From NCBI RefSeq assembly GCF_006345805.1, contig NC_043011.1, forward strand, positions 58,230,464 to 58,263,463: a stretch of DNA of 33,000 bases. The letters are read 5' to 3'. The stretch's first letter is position 1. Each line of letters opens with the position of its first letter. Below, piece after piece: positions 11,603 to 21,785 of this stretch. Origin of the DNA: Octopus sinensis (lineage: Eukaryota). Made by a program: the position numbers and the translations under genes. The notes under the pieces are model-generated. The model was given only the letters and a program-made list of their open reading frames with translations. It searched no databases and was not told where the DNA came from.

Positions 11603-12530
11603 TACAGCAAGCTATATTAATCTTAGGAAGATTTGCATAAAAATTATAATCTTTCTTTCGATGATTGTATGCTTGTAACGACGGATGATTTGTATAACGT
11701 GGTCGAATTACATTGAGTTAATTCCGATAATACGATATCACAATCTGACACGAGGCAAAAAATAAAATGTAAAAAAAATTTGAAATGGATAAACATTGCT
11801 GGATTTGATTTAACATGACTTCATAAATCAGAAACACATTTAGAACACAAAATCAGAAAATGGATTTCAAACGGATTCCAAATGAGGGGATGTGGAAAAA
11901 ATAGTAGAAACATCGAAGAAAGAGATTCACGTAAACATTAACGCCTTACCGCAAATTCATGTCAATTAAATATCTCGTTATTTTTTTCTCCAGTTTTCGA
12001 ATGTTTGTTATCAATTGCATCTACATTATTCAATATTCGTGCAGACAGTTATATAAACTGATAGGGATGAAGAGAATTAAATAATAATACAGTTTCGTTT
12101 GTTGGGATTAAGTGGTGGTATAAAAAGAATGTTTAAAATCCAATACAGTTTGAGCTCAGTGGGAGACTGCGATAGTTAAGATGGTTGCATTCAAACAGGA
12201 TCGATCGCCTAACAATCAATTCTAATGAAAATAACACAACAGGATACGTTCAGCCGCTTAAAAAGCAAACTTACACATAAATAACACAGTAAATAAGCGT
12301 ATATACACACATACGTCACACACACGCACGCACACTTGTATGTGTGTATGTGTGTTTGTGTGTGTATAATTTATGTATATTTATATATGCAAATATACGT
12401 GAGGATATTATTGTTCATGATAATATCAATGGCTCAGCATGCGTAAAAAACAAAAACACATAACGGTAAGAAAAATATCAATTAATAATTAAGGGTACTA
12501 ACAAGCAATACCGACAGGCATAATATGGCA

Positions 12531-12812
12531 GTCAAAATGAGCCAACCACAAATTTTCCCTGAAACACAAAGGTGAAAGCGGACAAATAAATAAAAATGCT
12601 AAACACCGTACGAATGACGAAAATAATCGAAAATTAAAAAAAAGCCAGACATACCCGTATCGCCGTGATTTGAATCTCAAAGTTCGAAATCACAGTGATA
12701 CGGGTATGCCTGTCTTTTCAGTTTTCGAGTGTTTTCGTTATTGTTACGGGGTTTAAGGATTTTTATTCACTTGCTTTCAGCTTTAAGTGAAAATTTGTGG
12801 TTGGGTTCTTTT

Positions 12813-12815
<3 letters not shown>
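12531..12815. repeat. 285-bp fold-back (palindromic) element, MITE-like
   Basis: Arms from gtcaaaa (12531) and to ttttgac (12815) align along their length at roughly 75%. Inner stem 12640-12671/12687-12718 is 32 bp with 4 differences; short central loop. Confidence 0.85.
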
Positions 12816-12850
<35 letters not shown>

Positions 12851-12906
12851 CGCACACACACACACGCACACACACACACACACACACACGCACACACACA
12901 CACACG

Positions 12907-12938
<32 letters not shown>
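12816..12938. repeat. (CA)n(AT)n microsatellite
   Basis: Directly visible. Confidence 0.95.
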
Positions 12939-12940
12939 AA

Positions 12941-13170
12941 GGCGAGTTGGCAGAAGCGTTAGCACGCCGGGCGAAATGCGTAGCCGTATTTCGTCTGCCG
13001 TTACGTTCTCGGTTCAAATTCCGCCAAGGTAGACTTTGCCTTTCATCCTTTCGGGGTCGATAAATAAAGTACCAGTTACGCACTGGGTTCGATGTAATCG
13101 ACTTATTCCCTTTGTCTGTCCTTGTTTGTCCCCTCTATGTTTAGCCCCTTGTGGGCAATAAAAAAAAAAA
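12941..13170 (+). mobile_element. tRNA-derived SINE, family 1 monomer
   Basis: A-box-like tggcagaagcgttag, B-box-like ggttcaaattcc, poly-A end; homologous to 5087-5282 and 11372-11602. Confidence 0.9.
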
Positions 13171-13183
13171 ATATATATATATA

Positions 13184-13311
13184 GTCGCAGGCGTGGGTGT
13201 GTGGTAAGAAGCTTGCTTTCTAACCACATGGTTCCGGGTTCAATCCTACTGCGTGGCACCTCGGGCCGACCAAAGCCTTGTAAGTGGATTTGGTAGGCGG
13301 AAAGAAGCCCG

Positions 13312-13369
<58 letters not shown>

Positions 13370-13516
13370 TTCTGTGTCCGTTTCTATCCTCCACCATCAC
13401 ATGACAACAGATTTTGGTGTGTTTACGTACCCGCAGCTTAGTGGTTCGGCAAAAAAAGATCTATACAATAAGTAGAAGGGTTACTAAGGAATAGTCCTCG
13501 GATCGATTTGTTCGAC
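13184..13516 (+). mobile_element. tRNA-derived SINE, family 2, with internal (AT)n(GT)n
   Basis: tgggtgtgtgg A-box-like, ggttcaatcc B-box-like; collinear with 32643-33000 except a 26-nt deletion between acct microhomologies. Confidence 0.9.
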
Positions 13517-13538
13517 ACACACATACATACATACATAC

Positions 13539-13614
<76 letters not shown>

Positions 13615-14044
13615 ATGTGTGTGTGTGTGTATAGATTTTAGCAAGGCAGACTTGTTCAAGAAGAATTTATCTTGAACGTAATAAACTTCCCTCTTTCTCG
13701 TGTCTCTGCTGCTGGAACACTTTACATACTTGAAAGAAAATTGAAAGAAAATGATCAAATATATCAGCTTCTAAAGCTATAAATTATTTACTATTCATAA
13801 AAAATTTCCTCGAATGCTGAGTACAAAGTGATTTGTCTTGAATTATGCTTTATTGACTATTAGAAAACTGGTGAAATTGCGGTAGACGCGGCTACGAAGA
13901 CTAGAAGCTTTAACGACTTTATATTCATGTGGAAGCAAAATAAGAAACTTCATATTAAACTAGCTGAACCTGACCCTCAAAAATGACGGGTAATTGTAGT
14001 ACTATATATATAAATAATGTACAAAATATTCGTAATATTCGTAA

Positions 14045-14387
14045 TAACCACATGGAGGAGACCCTCGTCTTTGACCATGGGATTGCACTTAAAATTTACC
14101 TTCCGCGGCACAAGTCCAGGCAATGTTGTTTATGGAAGGCCAGCAGTCGCCCAAGCATATCAACCTTCCTTCTCCACGCCACCGATGTTATCCAAGGGAA
14201 AGGCAAAGGGGCTGATACAGCTTGGCACCTGTGACGCCGCAACTCATTTGTACAGCTGAGTTAACTGGAGCAACGTGAAATAAAGTGTCTTGCTCAAGAA
14301 CACAACACGCAGCCCGATCCGGGAATCAAACTCACAACATCACAATCGTAATTTCGATGCTCTAACCACTGAGCCACGCGCCTTCAC
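14045..14387 (-). mobile_element. tRNA-derived SINE, family 3
   Basis: Minus strand: gtgaaggcgcgTGGCTCAGTGGttagagc...GAGTTTGATTCCcgg (Pol III A and B boxes), then gtgttgtgttcttgagcaagacacttt core. The 3' limit is approximate. Confidence 0.85.
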
Positions 14388-14831
14388 GATACGAAATAAG
14401 GCACATAATCACACATACATTTACATACTTGCCTTATACACTCACACACATACACACATATACTCATAGAGAGTTGAAACGCTGTTTGATTTTTCTTTCC
14501 AGCCTTCACCGTTCACAATCCCAATTCCATTGCACACACACACACAAACAGACCATCAACACACGCACATACACATACCTCCCTTTACATACACACATAT
14601 ATACTCACACAGAGTGGAAACGCTGATTTTTTTACCCCTTCCTTCCTTATTTATCTATCACTTCTTCATATTTCTCTCTCACTCACTTTCAGTCAGGGCT
14701 ATTACTCTCACTACATCTACTTCACTGAATTACTATTTTCTCTCCTCTCAATTCCCTTATACTACTCTCCTATTCTGTCCTACTCCTACTATGTGATTTT
14801 GGACACACACACAACACACACACACACACAC

Positions 14832-14912
<81 letters not shown>

Positions 14913-14992
14913 GTAATTGAAAGTTACAGAAAACACGAAGACAGGTGTATAAACAACAAGCAGGTGTATTAGTTTGACGCTCGGAAAGGTGA
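14913..14992 (-). mobile_element. Short fragment of the Penelope-end-like repeat seen at 21098-21336
   Basis: Reverse complement gagcgtcaaactaatacacctgcttgttgtttatacacctgtcttcg matches 21259-21307; its 3' end abuts (TA)n. Confidence 0.7.
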
Positions 14993-15031
14993 TACACAAA
15001 TATATAAAAACACTACGCTCATTATTATATC

Positions 15032-15335
15032 AGTGTTTTCTTCTATAGCCCCAGGACCACTAAAGCTTTGTGAGTGGAATTAGCAGATGAAAACTGAAAG
15101 ACGTCCGTAGTGCATATATATATGTATGTGTGTGTGTTTGTGTGTATATTTGAATCTCTGCATCTCCCCCACCAACGGTGGACAACCGGTGCTGGTGTGT
15201 TTAAGTCCCAGTAACCTAGCGGTCTGACAAAAGAGAACCACAGAGTGAGTACCAGAATTAAAACGAAAAATATGTGTATTGGTTCTGTTACGCTCGACTG
15301 AAATTCTTCAAGGTAGTGCACTAGGCTAGCCGCAG
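15032..15335 (+). mobile_element. Family-2 SINE, 5'-truncated, diverged
   Basis: ctatagccccaggaccactaaagctttgtgagtgga...ggtgctggtgtgtttaagtcccagtaacctagcgg aligns to the other family-2 copies. Confidence 0.8.
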
Positions 15336-16080
15336 GTTGCCAACAGCAACAAGTAGTGGAATAAAAGAATAGAAGAATTATCTTTACCCTTTCATGTAAA
15401 TTCCTTAAATTAATTTGTAATTTAATATCCTTCAGCCGAATTCAGAGAAACGACTTCTAATATATGTGGCTGATCGTTATCAAATTATACAAGAAGTGAA
15501 ATTACTTACGCAGGTGAAATTTGATATCATAATATCACTTAGTCGAAAAGTATTAAAATATAAAGAATTTATAGACGAAGTTCAACTGTGAAAGAATATC
15601 TGCTTTGCGTTCTGAATGGTTTAGAATATGTCTAACGACATGACTGCCGCCTATGTTATATTTGTCTTTATTTCTGGTTCGAACTGATTTATGCTCTAGC
15701 TTTTTGAGAAAATGCGTATAGAAGTCGTACGTGAAATATTTGGATTTATTGGCTCCATTTTGAGTGTAATATCGGGGTAATAAATGTCATTAATTAATTC
15801 GGGTTATTAGTGACATTCATTAGCTACGTAATTAAATATCGCTGGAGATATATTGGAAGCAAATCTTGTTTTACCTGTTACCTTATGAATCCTTTTGTAC
15901 ATGTCATAATTCCAGAAATGCTACTATCAACCACCAAAGAGGAACCCTTTCGTCATTTTACACAATATAGCAAAGTCCTCATCACGACTCCTTCAATTTC
16001 TCTTTGAGGTGAATATTAATCAGCATTAAATAATTACCAATCCACTGCAAACTACTTATGAGGCCCATAGGGAAAATGAC

Positions 16081-16345
16081 CTACTTACAGAAGACCTTCA
16101 TTTCCTATTGAGCATAGACCCTCGATGCTATTTCTCCCCTGTTCTCGACTCAGGGCTGTCTTTTTCTAGCTTCAATCAAGTAAATGCCATGTTGTTCAGC
16201 TCTACCTCATTACGTCGCCTTCGGATGATTTTAGGGTTTCCCCTGTTTCACCATTGACTATTGTTTGATGTGTTTACCCGAGGTAAGACACTCTTCTGCC
16301 AGGTCTTTCCTATTCTACAAACATGGTGTCTTTCCTCCTCATGGC
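16081..16345 (-). mobile_element. Old RTE-clade LINE 3' remnant
   Basis: Minus frames give HHVCRI...NRGNPKIIRRRRNEVELNNM and, after a frameshift, ALSREQGRNSIEGLCSIGNEGLL* followed by taagta. Resembles the RTE C-terminus GHVLR...RGRPKxTWRRxxExE...GLCS. Confidence 0.5.
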
Positions 16346-16533
16346 TTTTCTATCAATATTCAATGGAATTCTTTGGCCTGGTGACATCTCGTCCGGATCA
16401 CTCGCTGCTCCTACTCTCATTTATCTGCATTATATTCATGTATTTTAATATCCAGTAAACCCACTTATTTTTAAACAACTCTTGCCTTCAGTAATTTTCG
16501 TTTCCCTCACCCAGGTTCTTTTTTTTTATTTAC

Positions 16534-16761
16534 CTACAGCCATTAAAGTACAACCATTTAATTGAACATCTACGGCTTTGATCCTTTATCAGTATTAAGC
16601 ATTTCAAGAGTTGATATTTTTGCGCGTTCTTTAATTATCGGTCTCAGTAATACTTCAAACGTATTGGCCTCCTTTGTAGCACGAATGTCTCTGACCTTCA
16701 GTAACGTTGAGGTCTTGCGGACAAGTTACGACGTTTGCAGCATTAGATCTATGAATGCGTC
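16534..16761 (-). pseudogene. Candidate dead phase 1-1 exon (228 nt), possibly HYR-domain-like
   Basis: Acceptor ttctcatttacag|G and donor AG|gtaaat; 76 codons; ends read VVTCPQDLNVTEG and AVDVQLNGCTLMAV, but there are 6 stops in the middle. Confidence 0.3.
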
Positions 16762-17023
16762 CTGTAAATGAGAATTTCGACTTTTGATCGACGGCAATCA
16801 GGAAATGTTATATCGCATTTGGGAAAACACTTTACATGCAACGCATGCGTCAGTATCCTTTAAGCTTGTTTATTCCAGCAAAGATCAGAAAAGTTTCTAT
16901 CAAATTAGAAGAACATGCATCAAGATGTGCATATTCACTTGATATTAGTTTGTTTAAAATATTGCTTTGCTCAAACATGTGGAGATTTCACGTAAAGCCT
17001 AAAGTTGTATTTCCACAGAATAG

Positions 17024-17024
<1 letters not shown>

Positions 17025-17054
<30 letters not shown>

Positions 17055-17240
17055 GAGAGAAAGAGAGAGAGAGACAGATAGAGAAATACAAAGGGAAGAG
17101 AGAGGGGGAGAGCTAAAGAGAACGAAGAAAAGCTGAGCGGAAGCATAAAGGGAACGGGTAGAAATAGGGAGGGGATAAAGTAGAGAACGGAAAGTGAGGG
17201 AGAGAAAGAAGGACTAGGACTGAGAGAGAGAGAGAGAGAG
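17025..17240. repeat. (GA)n-rich polypurine tract
   Basis: Directly visible. Confidence 0.9.
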
Positions 17241-17758
17241 GCGGGGTGGGGAAATAATATGCTTTGTATTCCTGTTGCTGAGTGAAAAGAAAACAAATAC
17301 CTCTAGATCGATAATTTTCAATTGAGAATGTTTGATCTCCTGTAATTTGACTTTTTTCCAGCATGTTTAATGGAAAAATATTTAACTACTTCCTGACCAG
17401 ACAACCGTGTAAAATTATCTCGCCTATAAGAAAATATGTTAACGTTATGTAAATTAAGAGGGATGCTTCGTCAATATTGCTTTGTCTTTTGGGTGAAACA
17501 GTTGTAAAATGTATACAAGTTTATATTATAAAGGCTGTGGTTTGCATTTCTGGGTCAGCAGTCTGCTGTTTCTTAAAAGAGGGAATGAGATATATTAGAG
17601 GGAATCTTGGCATCTCAGAGAAAAGGTATTTACGTCTGGGATCAATTATGGGTTCAAATAGCCAACCATAAAAATCTGTTTCAATAGTGAGAAGAATTGG
17701 TACGACGAGACCCGTCTTCATCATGTCGGTATTAAAGTCTTGAAAATAAATATACTGC

Positions 17759-17791
<33 letters not shown>

Positions 17792-17940
17792 TATGGAAAA
17801 GAAGATGTCGGCGGCGTGTTGTCTGTTCCGTCAGACGAGATTATGTCATGAAGTTTTATAAGATCTAAAATAATGGAGAGATACTGAGGAGATTAAGGAA
17901 ACGGATTTCCCGATATGCGTTTTATCGTGGTTCATACGTA

Positions 17941-17941
<1 letters not shown>

Positions 17942-17983
<42 letters not shown>

Positions 17984-18240
17984 GACAAAAAGAAAAGGAG
18001 AGAGGTAGAAAGGGAGGGAGAGAGAAAAGGAGAGAAAGGGAGAGAAAGGAAAAGAGAGAGAGAGAAAGGGAGAGAGAGAGGGAGAAAGAGAGAGAGGAAA
18101 CGACAAAAAGAAAAGGAGAGAGGTAGAAAGGGAGGGAGAGAGAAAAGGAGAGAAAGGGAGAGAGAGGAAAAGAGAAAGAGAAAAGGAGAGAGGTAGAAAG
18201 GGAGGGAGAGAGAAAAGGAGAGAGAGGGAGACAGAGAGGG
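17942..18240. repeat. Polypurine tract with higher-order tandem units
   Basis: aaaaggagagaggtagaaagggagggagagagaaaaggagaga occurs three times (about 17993, 18111, 18181); almost no pyrimidines on the + strand. Confidence 0.9.
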
Positions 18241-18859
18241 GGAATTTCTTTTGGTGTATAATTCATTGGAAAATTTAAACAATTTTTATCAAATTTCATA
18301 AAATCTCATCAGAAAATAATATCTGGAGAAGACATCGAAGAATGAATGAATGCAACTCGTTATGTAACTGTCATCAACCGTTGCATAATAACAAGTTAAT
18401 CCTGTTTTGATATTTGTTTGAATTCCAAACATTTTCTCAATTAAGGTAAGATAAACTAAAGGTTGCTTTAGTTATTTGTGCGTCTGTTGTAAATCACCTG
18501 TAGTTTTGTATCAGATGTCTTTAAGCTGAATCTAATACAATTAAAATTTGCTGATGCTGTCTCACAATAATTGAAAATAATTTTTAAAAGTGTGATATAC
18601 TTTAGCTAATTGTTATTTTTTTCAGATTTAATTTTTTTTATTTCGAAAATATTTTTGCTGGAAAATAAGAAAGAAATAAACGATAACGTATAAACGATCA
18701 ATTTATCGGTAAGGGCTCCAGAACTATCTCACCAAGGAAACAAAGAAAGAGAAAAACGGGGTCGAGGTAAAAGTCAGAAGGTGGGGGGTGGTAGGGATTT
18801 CCTGGGTATGCACCCCAGAGCAATTGCTGTGTGTAGCCGCATCTCACCAATATGGTTGG

Positions 18860-19017
18860 AAAGGCGTTACCGCGGAGAATCGCCAGCACCACTCGCTGCT
18901 GCAGCTACTCTACCGCACGGGGCACATTCCACGAACGGACGCAGTTATCCCGATTTTGTGTAGGAAATCGGCAATACAGGGTCCGAGAACATCTGAGGTG
19001 TCCACGGGGACCGACAC
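18860..19017 (-). mobile_element. 3' coding remnant of a CRE-like RLE non-LTR retrotransposon
   Basis: Minus strand VSVPVDTSDVLGPCIADFLHKIG, then (frameshift) E*LQQRVVLAILRGNAF. Matches PxxxETxGxxG...FLxxIG...LxQRxSxAxxRGNA. GC-rich sequence continues to about 18700 as possible UTR. Confidence 0.7.
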
Positions 19018-19024
19018 AGATTGA

Positions 19025-19398
19025 TGCTCGGGTTTGTAAGAGAAATAGCTATATAAGCATTTTTAGAGAGTTATAGCCAAAAACTAGCCAAAAAATGCAT
19101 TAAAAATGGAAACAAATGATGGTAATTTTTTTTTTAATCGTTGACTCATCGTAGACATTTTTAGACAGTTACTTCCCTTATATAATAGCGAAAAAATGCA
19201 TAAAAATGGAAAAAATGATGGTAATTTTTTTAAAAATCGTAGACTCATCGTAGACGCGCGCTAATACCCAGAAGGGCTTGATATGAATCACGACTATAAG
19301 ATACCCGGTTTTGGTTAAACTGCACCGCAAAATGTGGGAGTAGTTAGGAATCTAAATCGTAGGAGACAGACACACAACTTCACTCTTATATATAAAGA
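19025..19398 (-). mobile_element. Non-autonomous Helitron, second copy, 3' terminus missing
   Basis: Reverse complement starts A|TCTTTATATATAAG and is collinear with 9885-10254, but stops at cccgagca in the middle of the terminal hairpin. Confidence 0.85.
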
Positions 19399-20054
19399 TT
19401 TCTTTGTATTCTAGCATATGTAATCATGCGTAAAGCACGCCAAACGAGTTGTTGCTTCGCATCTTCAGTTGCAACTTCATGCTTGACTGATGATGTTGTT
19501 GCACTTGATTTATTTACTGTAAGTCACCAACACCAAAACTACTTACGCCCAAAGTTCCCCCATCCATGACATTCACTCATATATTGGTCTACAACATGAA
19601 CTACATTATCCAAAGCATCCTCCGGATTTTAAGATTTCAGTCTAAGGACGACTTCACTGTTATTTCTAAGAAGTCGAGTGACGTCTGAAAGGCGCAATAA
19701 AGAAGTTAATTACACAGTAATTATGCTTACAAATGATAATTAAGTTGATGAATGCTAATGGGATTGAAACAATAGAAGACTGTGCAGACGTCAAATTTAC
19801 ATCGAGTAAATTCCTTTTGCTTCGACATAAGGAAGCGTCATACAAAGATGATTGGATGAAAATGCAGGCGTATTCGATTTCTTATGAGTTCTTAAGGGAG
19901 AGAAATAATTAAAAAGAATATTTTACCAGCGCGCGTAGTCTAGAGAAATTTGCACGTATGTATAAGATTTGCACGGAAATTTACTGCACTTGAGAAAGAT
20001 TCATTGAAATCATGCGCTGACACGTTGAGAACCATCTAGTGGGCATCGGACGAT

Positions 20055-20055
<1 letters not shown>

Positions 20056-20092
<37 letters not shown>

Positions 20093-20280
20093 ATAATATA
20101 TATAATATATATATATATATAAACATGTACATACATACAGACTTACATAATACATACATACATATATACATATATATATACATATATATATATATAATAT
20201 ATATATATTATATATATATAGATATATACATACATACATATATATATATATAATATATATATATATACATACATACATAT

Positions 20281-20332
<52 letters not shown>

Positions 20333-20385
20333 TACATATATACATAAATACATGCATACATACATACATATATATACATATATGC

Positions 20386-20457
<72 letters not shown>

Positions 20458-20460
20458 CAT
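20056..20460. repeat. Large compound (AT)n/(TACA)n/(TATG)n microsatellite
   Basis: Directly visible. Confidence 0.95.
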
Positions 20461-20507
20461 GTATTTATGTATTACTTTTTTGTCAGCTGACTGTTTCCAG
20501 ATTTTTC

Positions 20508-20813
20508 TACATTCCTCACTGAACGTGCAATCAGTTACGTATTCATATCTTGATGGAGACGTTTAAATAATGAGATACACACCACTTTTCTTTTCTGTAT
20601 TACGAGATGGAATCCAGAACATTTTCAACAACCATTAAGAACTCCGTTACGATACTGAAGTAGTTCAGTCCATGAAATTGATCAAATCTTACCACCTAAC
20701 ATTCATAGCTTACTTTCCGAAACGTAATTATGTGTCCAATGGTTAAATAAAGTGAAGGCGACACGTTAGGATTTAATTTCCAGTTACTTAATAATACTTT
20801 CCAAGGTGCCATG
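20508..20813 (+). repeat. Old local duplication II, copy 1 (partner about 25820-26123)
   Basis: Identical 25-mer at 20524-20548; collinear anchors ataatga, atggaa.cc..aa.attttcaa, aaac.taattatg, acacg.tagg.ttta, tccaagg.gcc.tg; roughly 60% identity. Confidence 0.8.
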
Positions 20814-21097
20814 GAAAGGACACACTGTAAACACAAATGCTATAGTCTGAGCTATTGCATTCATTATCCTTATAATTCGAGTCATATATTTATATACAAA
20901 TGAGTATATATATATATATTTCGGTGCGAATATGTCCTCGCGTTATGGTGTTTTTTTGTGCTTTCTTGTTTGGATTAACTTTATATATATATATATATAT
21001 TATATTAAATTAGAGATAAAACGACTATTAGGGAAATCAAACAATGAAAAACATAAGCCAATACATAAAATTAATTAAATATATATATATATAGTCA

Positions 21098-21336
21098 CCA
21101 TGATAGATCGTTAGCCACTACACACATTTTTCTCTCCTTTTATTTTTCTCTCCATTTTTTCTCTCCTTTTTTCTATCCTTGTTTCTCTCCGTGTTTTTTT
21201 TCTGTGTCACTTTCTGTAAAAGAGCGTAGGCTCGAAATGTAAAAGACTTTTCTATTCATGAGCGTTATACTAATACATCTATTTGTTTTGTACACCACCT
21301 GTCTTCGTTTTTTTCTTTTTTCGTAAACTCTCCCTA
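21098..21336 (+). mobile_element. Short non-coding repeat resembling a Penelope-like terminal region
   Basis: Contains aagagcgtaggctcgaaatgta (hairpin plus GAAA) and the core shared with 14913-14992 and 29951-30031; flanked by (AT)n on both sides. Family assignment is inference. Confidence 0.6.
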
Positions 21337-21343
21337 TATATAT

Positions 21344-21397
21344 GATTGATTGATTCTAGTTTCAGCTTATGAGCTGTGGCCATGCTGGGGCACCGCC
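21344..21397 (-). mobile_element. SINE 3'-tail fragment
   Basis: Reverse complement ggcggtgccccagcatggccacagc...ctgaaacta matches ggcggtactccagcatgaccgcag...ctgaaaca at 24621-24660. Confidence 0.7.
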
Positions 21398-21634
21398 ATT
21401 TATATATATATACATAAATAATATGTTCCTATATAATTTAAGGGCATCAATTACTGGCTTGTAAACAGGGCAAGGACGTTTCATTTACACATAGACGTAA
21501 GTATTCATTTAATTCTGGCAATTACGTTACCACTGTGTAAATGTCAAAACGCCGGATGTAAAGGGCCACAACATAAGTAAACCACACCACTTATAGTGTG
21601 AGCACAAACAACTACCAGTCTCTCTCTCCCTATT

Positions 21635-21714
<80 letters not shown>

Positions 21715-21785
21715 TATATATTTAGATCTCTAAAATTCCATTAGTCCAAAGCAATTGGCACTCATAAATTGCTTAATAGAATAGG

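Noticed and set aside
14290-14387. tRNA gene calls for Pol III A/B-box heads (also 12941, 13184, 32643)
   Set aside because: Each continues into a repeated SINE body and lacks a complete cloverleaf.
19733-19912. 59-aa + strand ORF (MIIKLMNANGIETIEDCADV...)
   Set aside because: Short, no family signature, within chance expectation.
20524-20548. C/D snoRNA reading of the invariant 25-mer (CTGA on the minus strand)
   Set aside because: No box C (RTGATGA) upstream in either copy and no rRNA complement that I can recognise.
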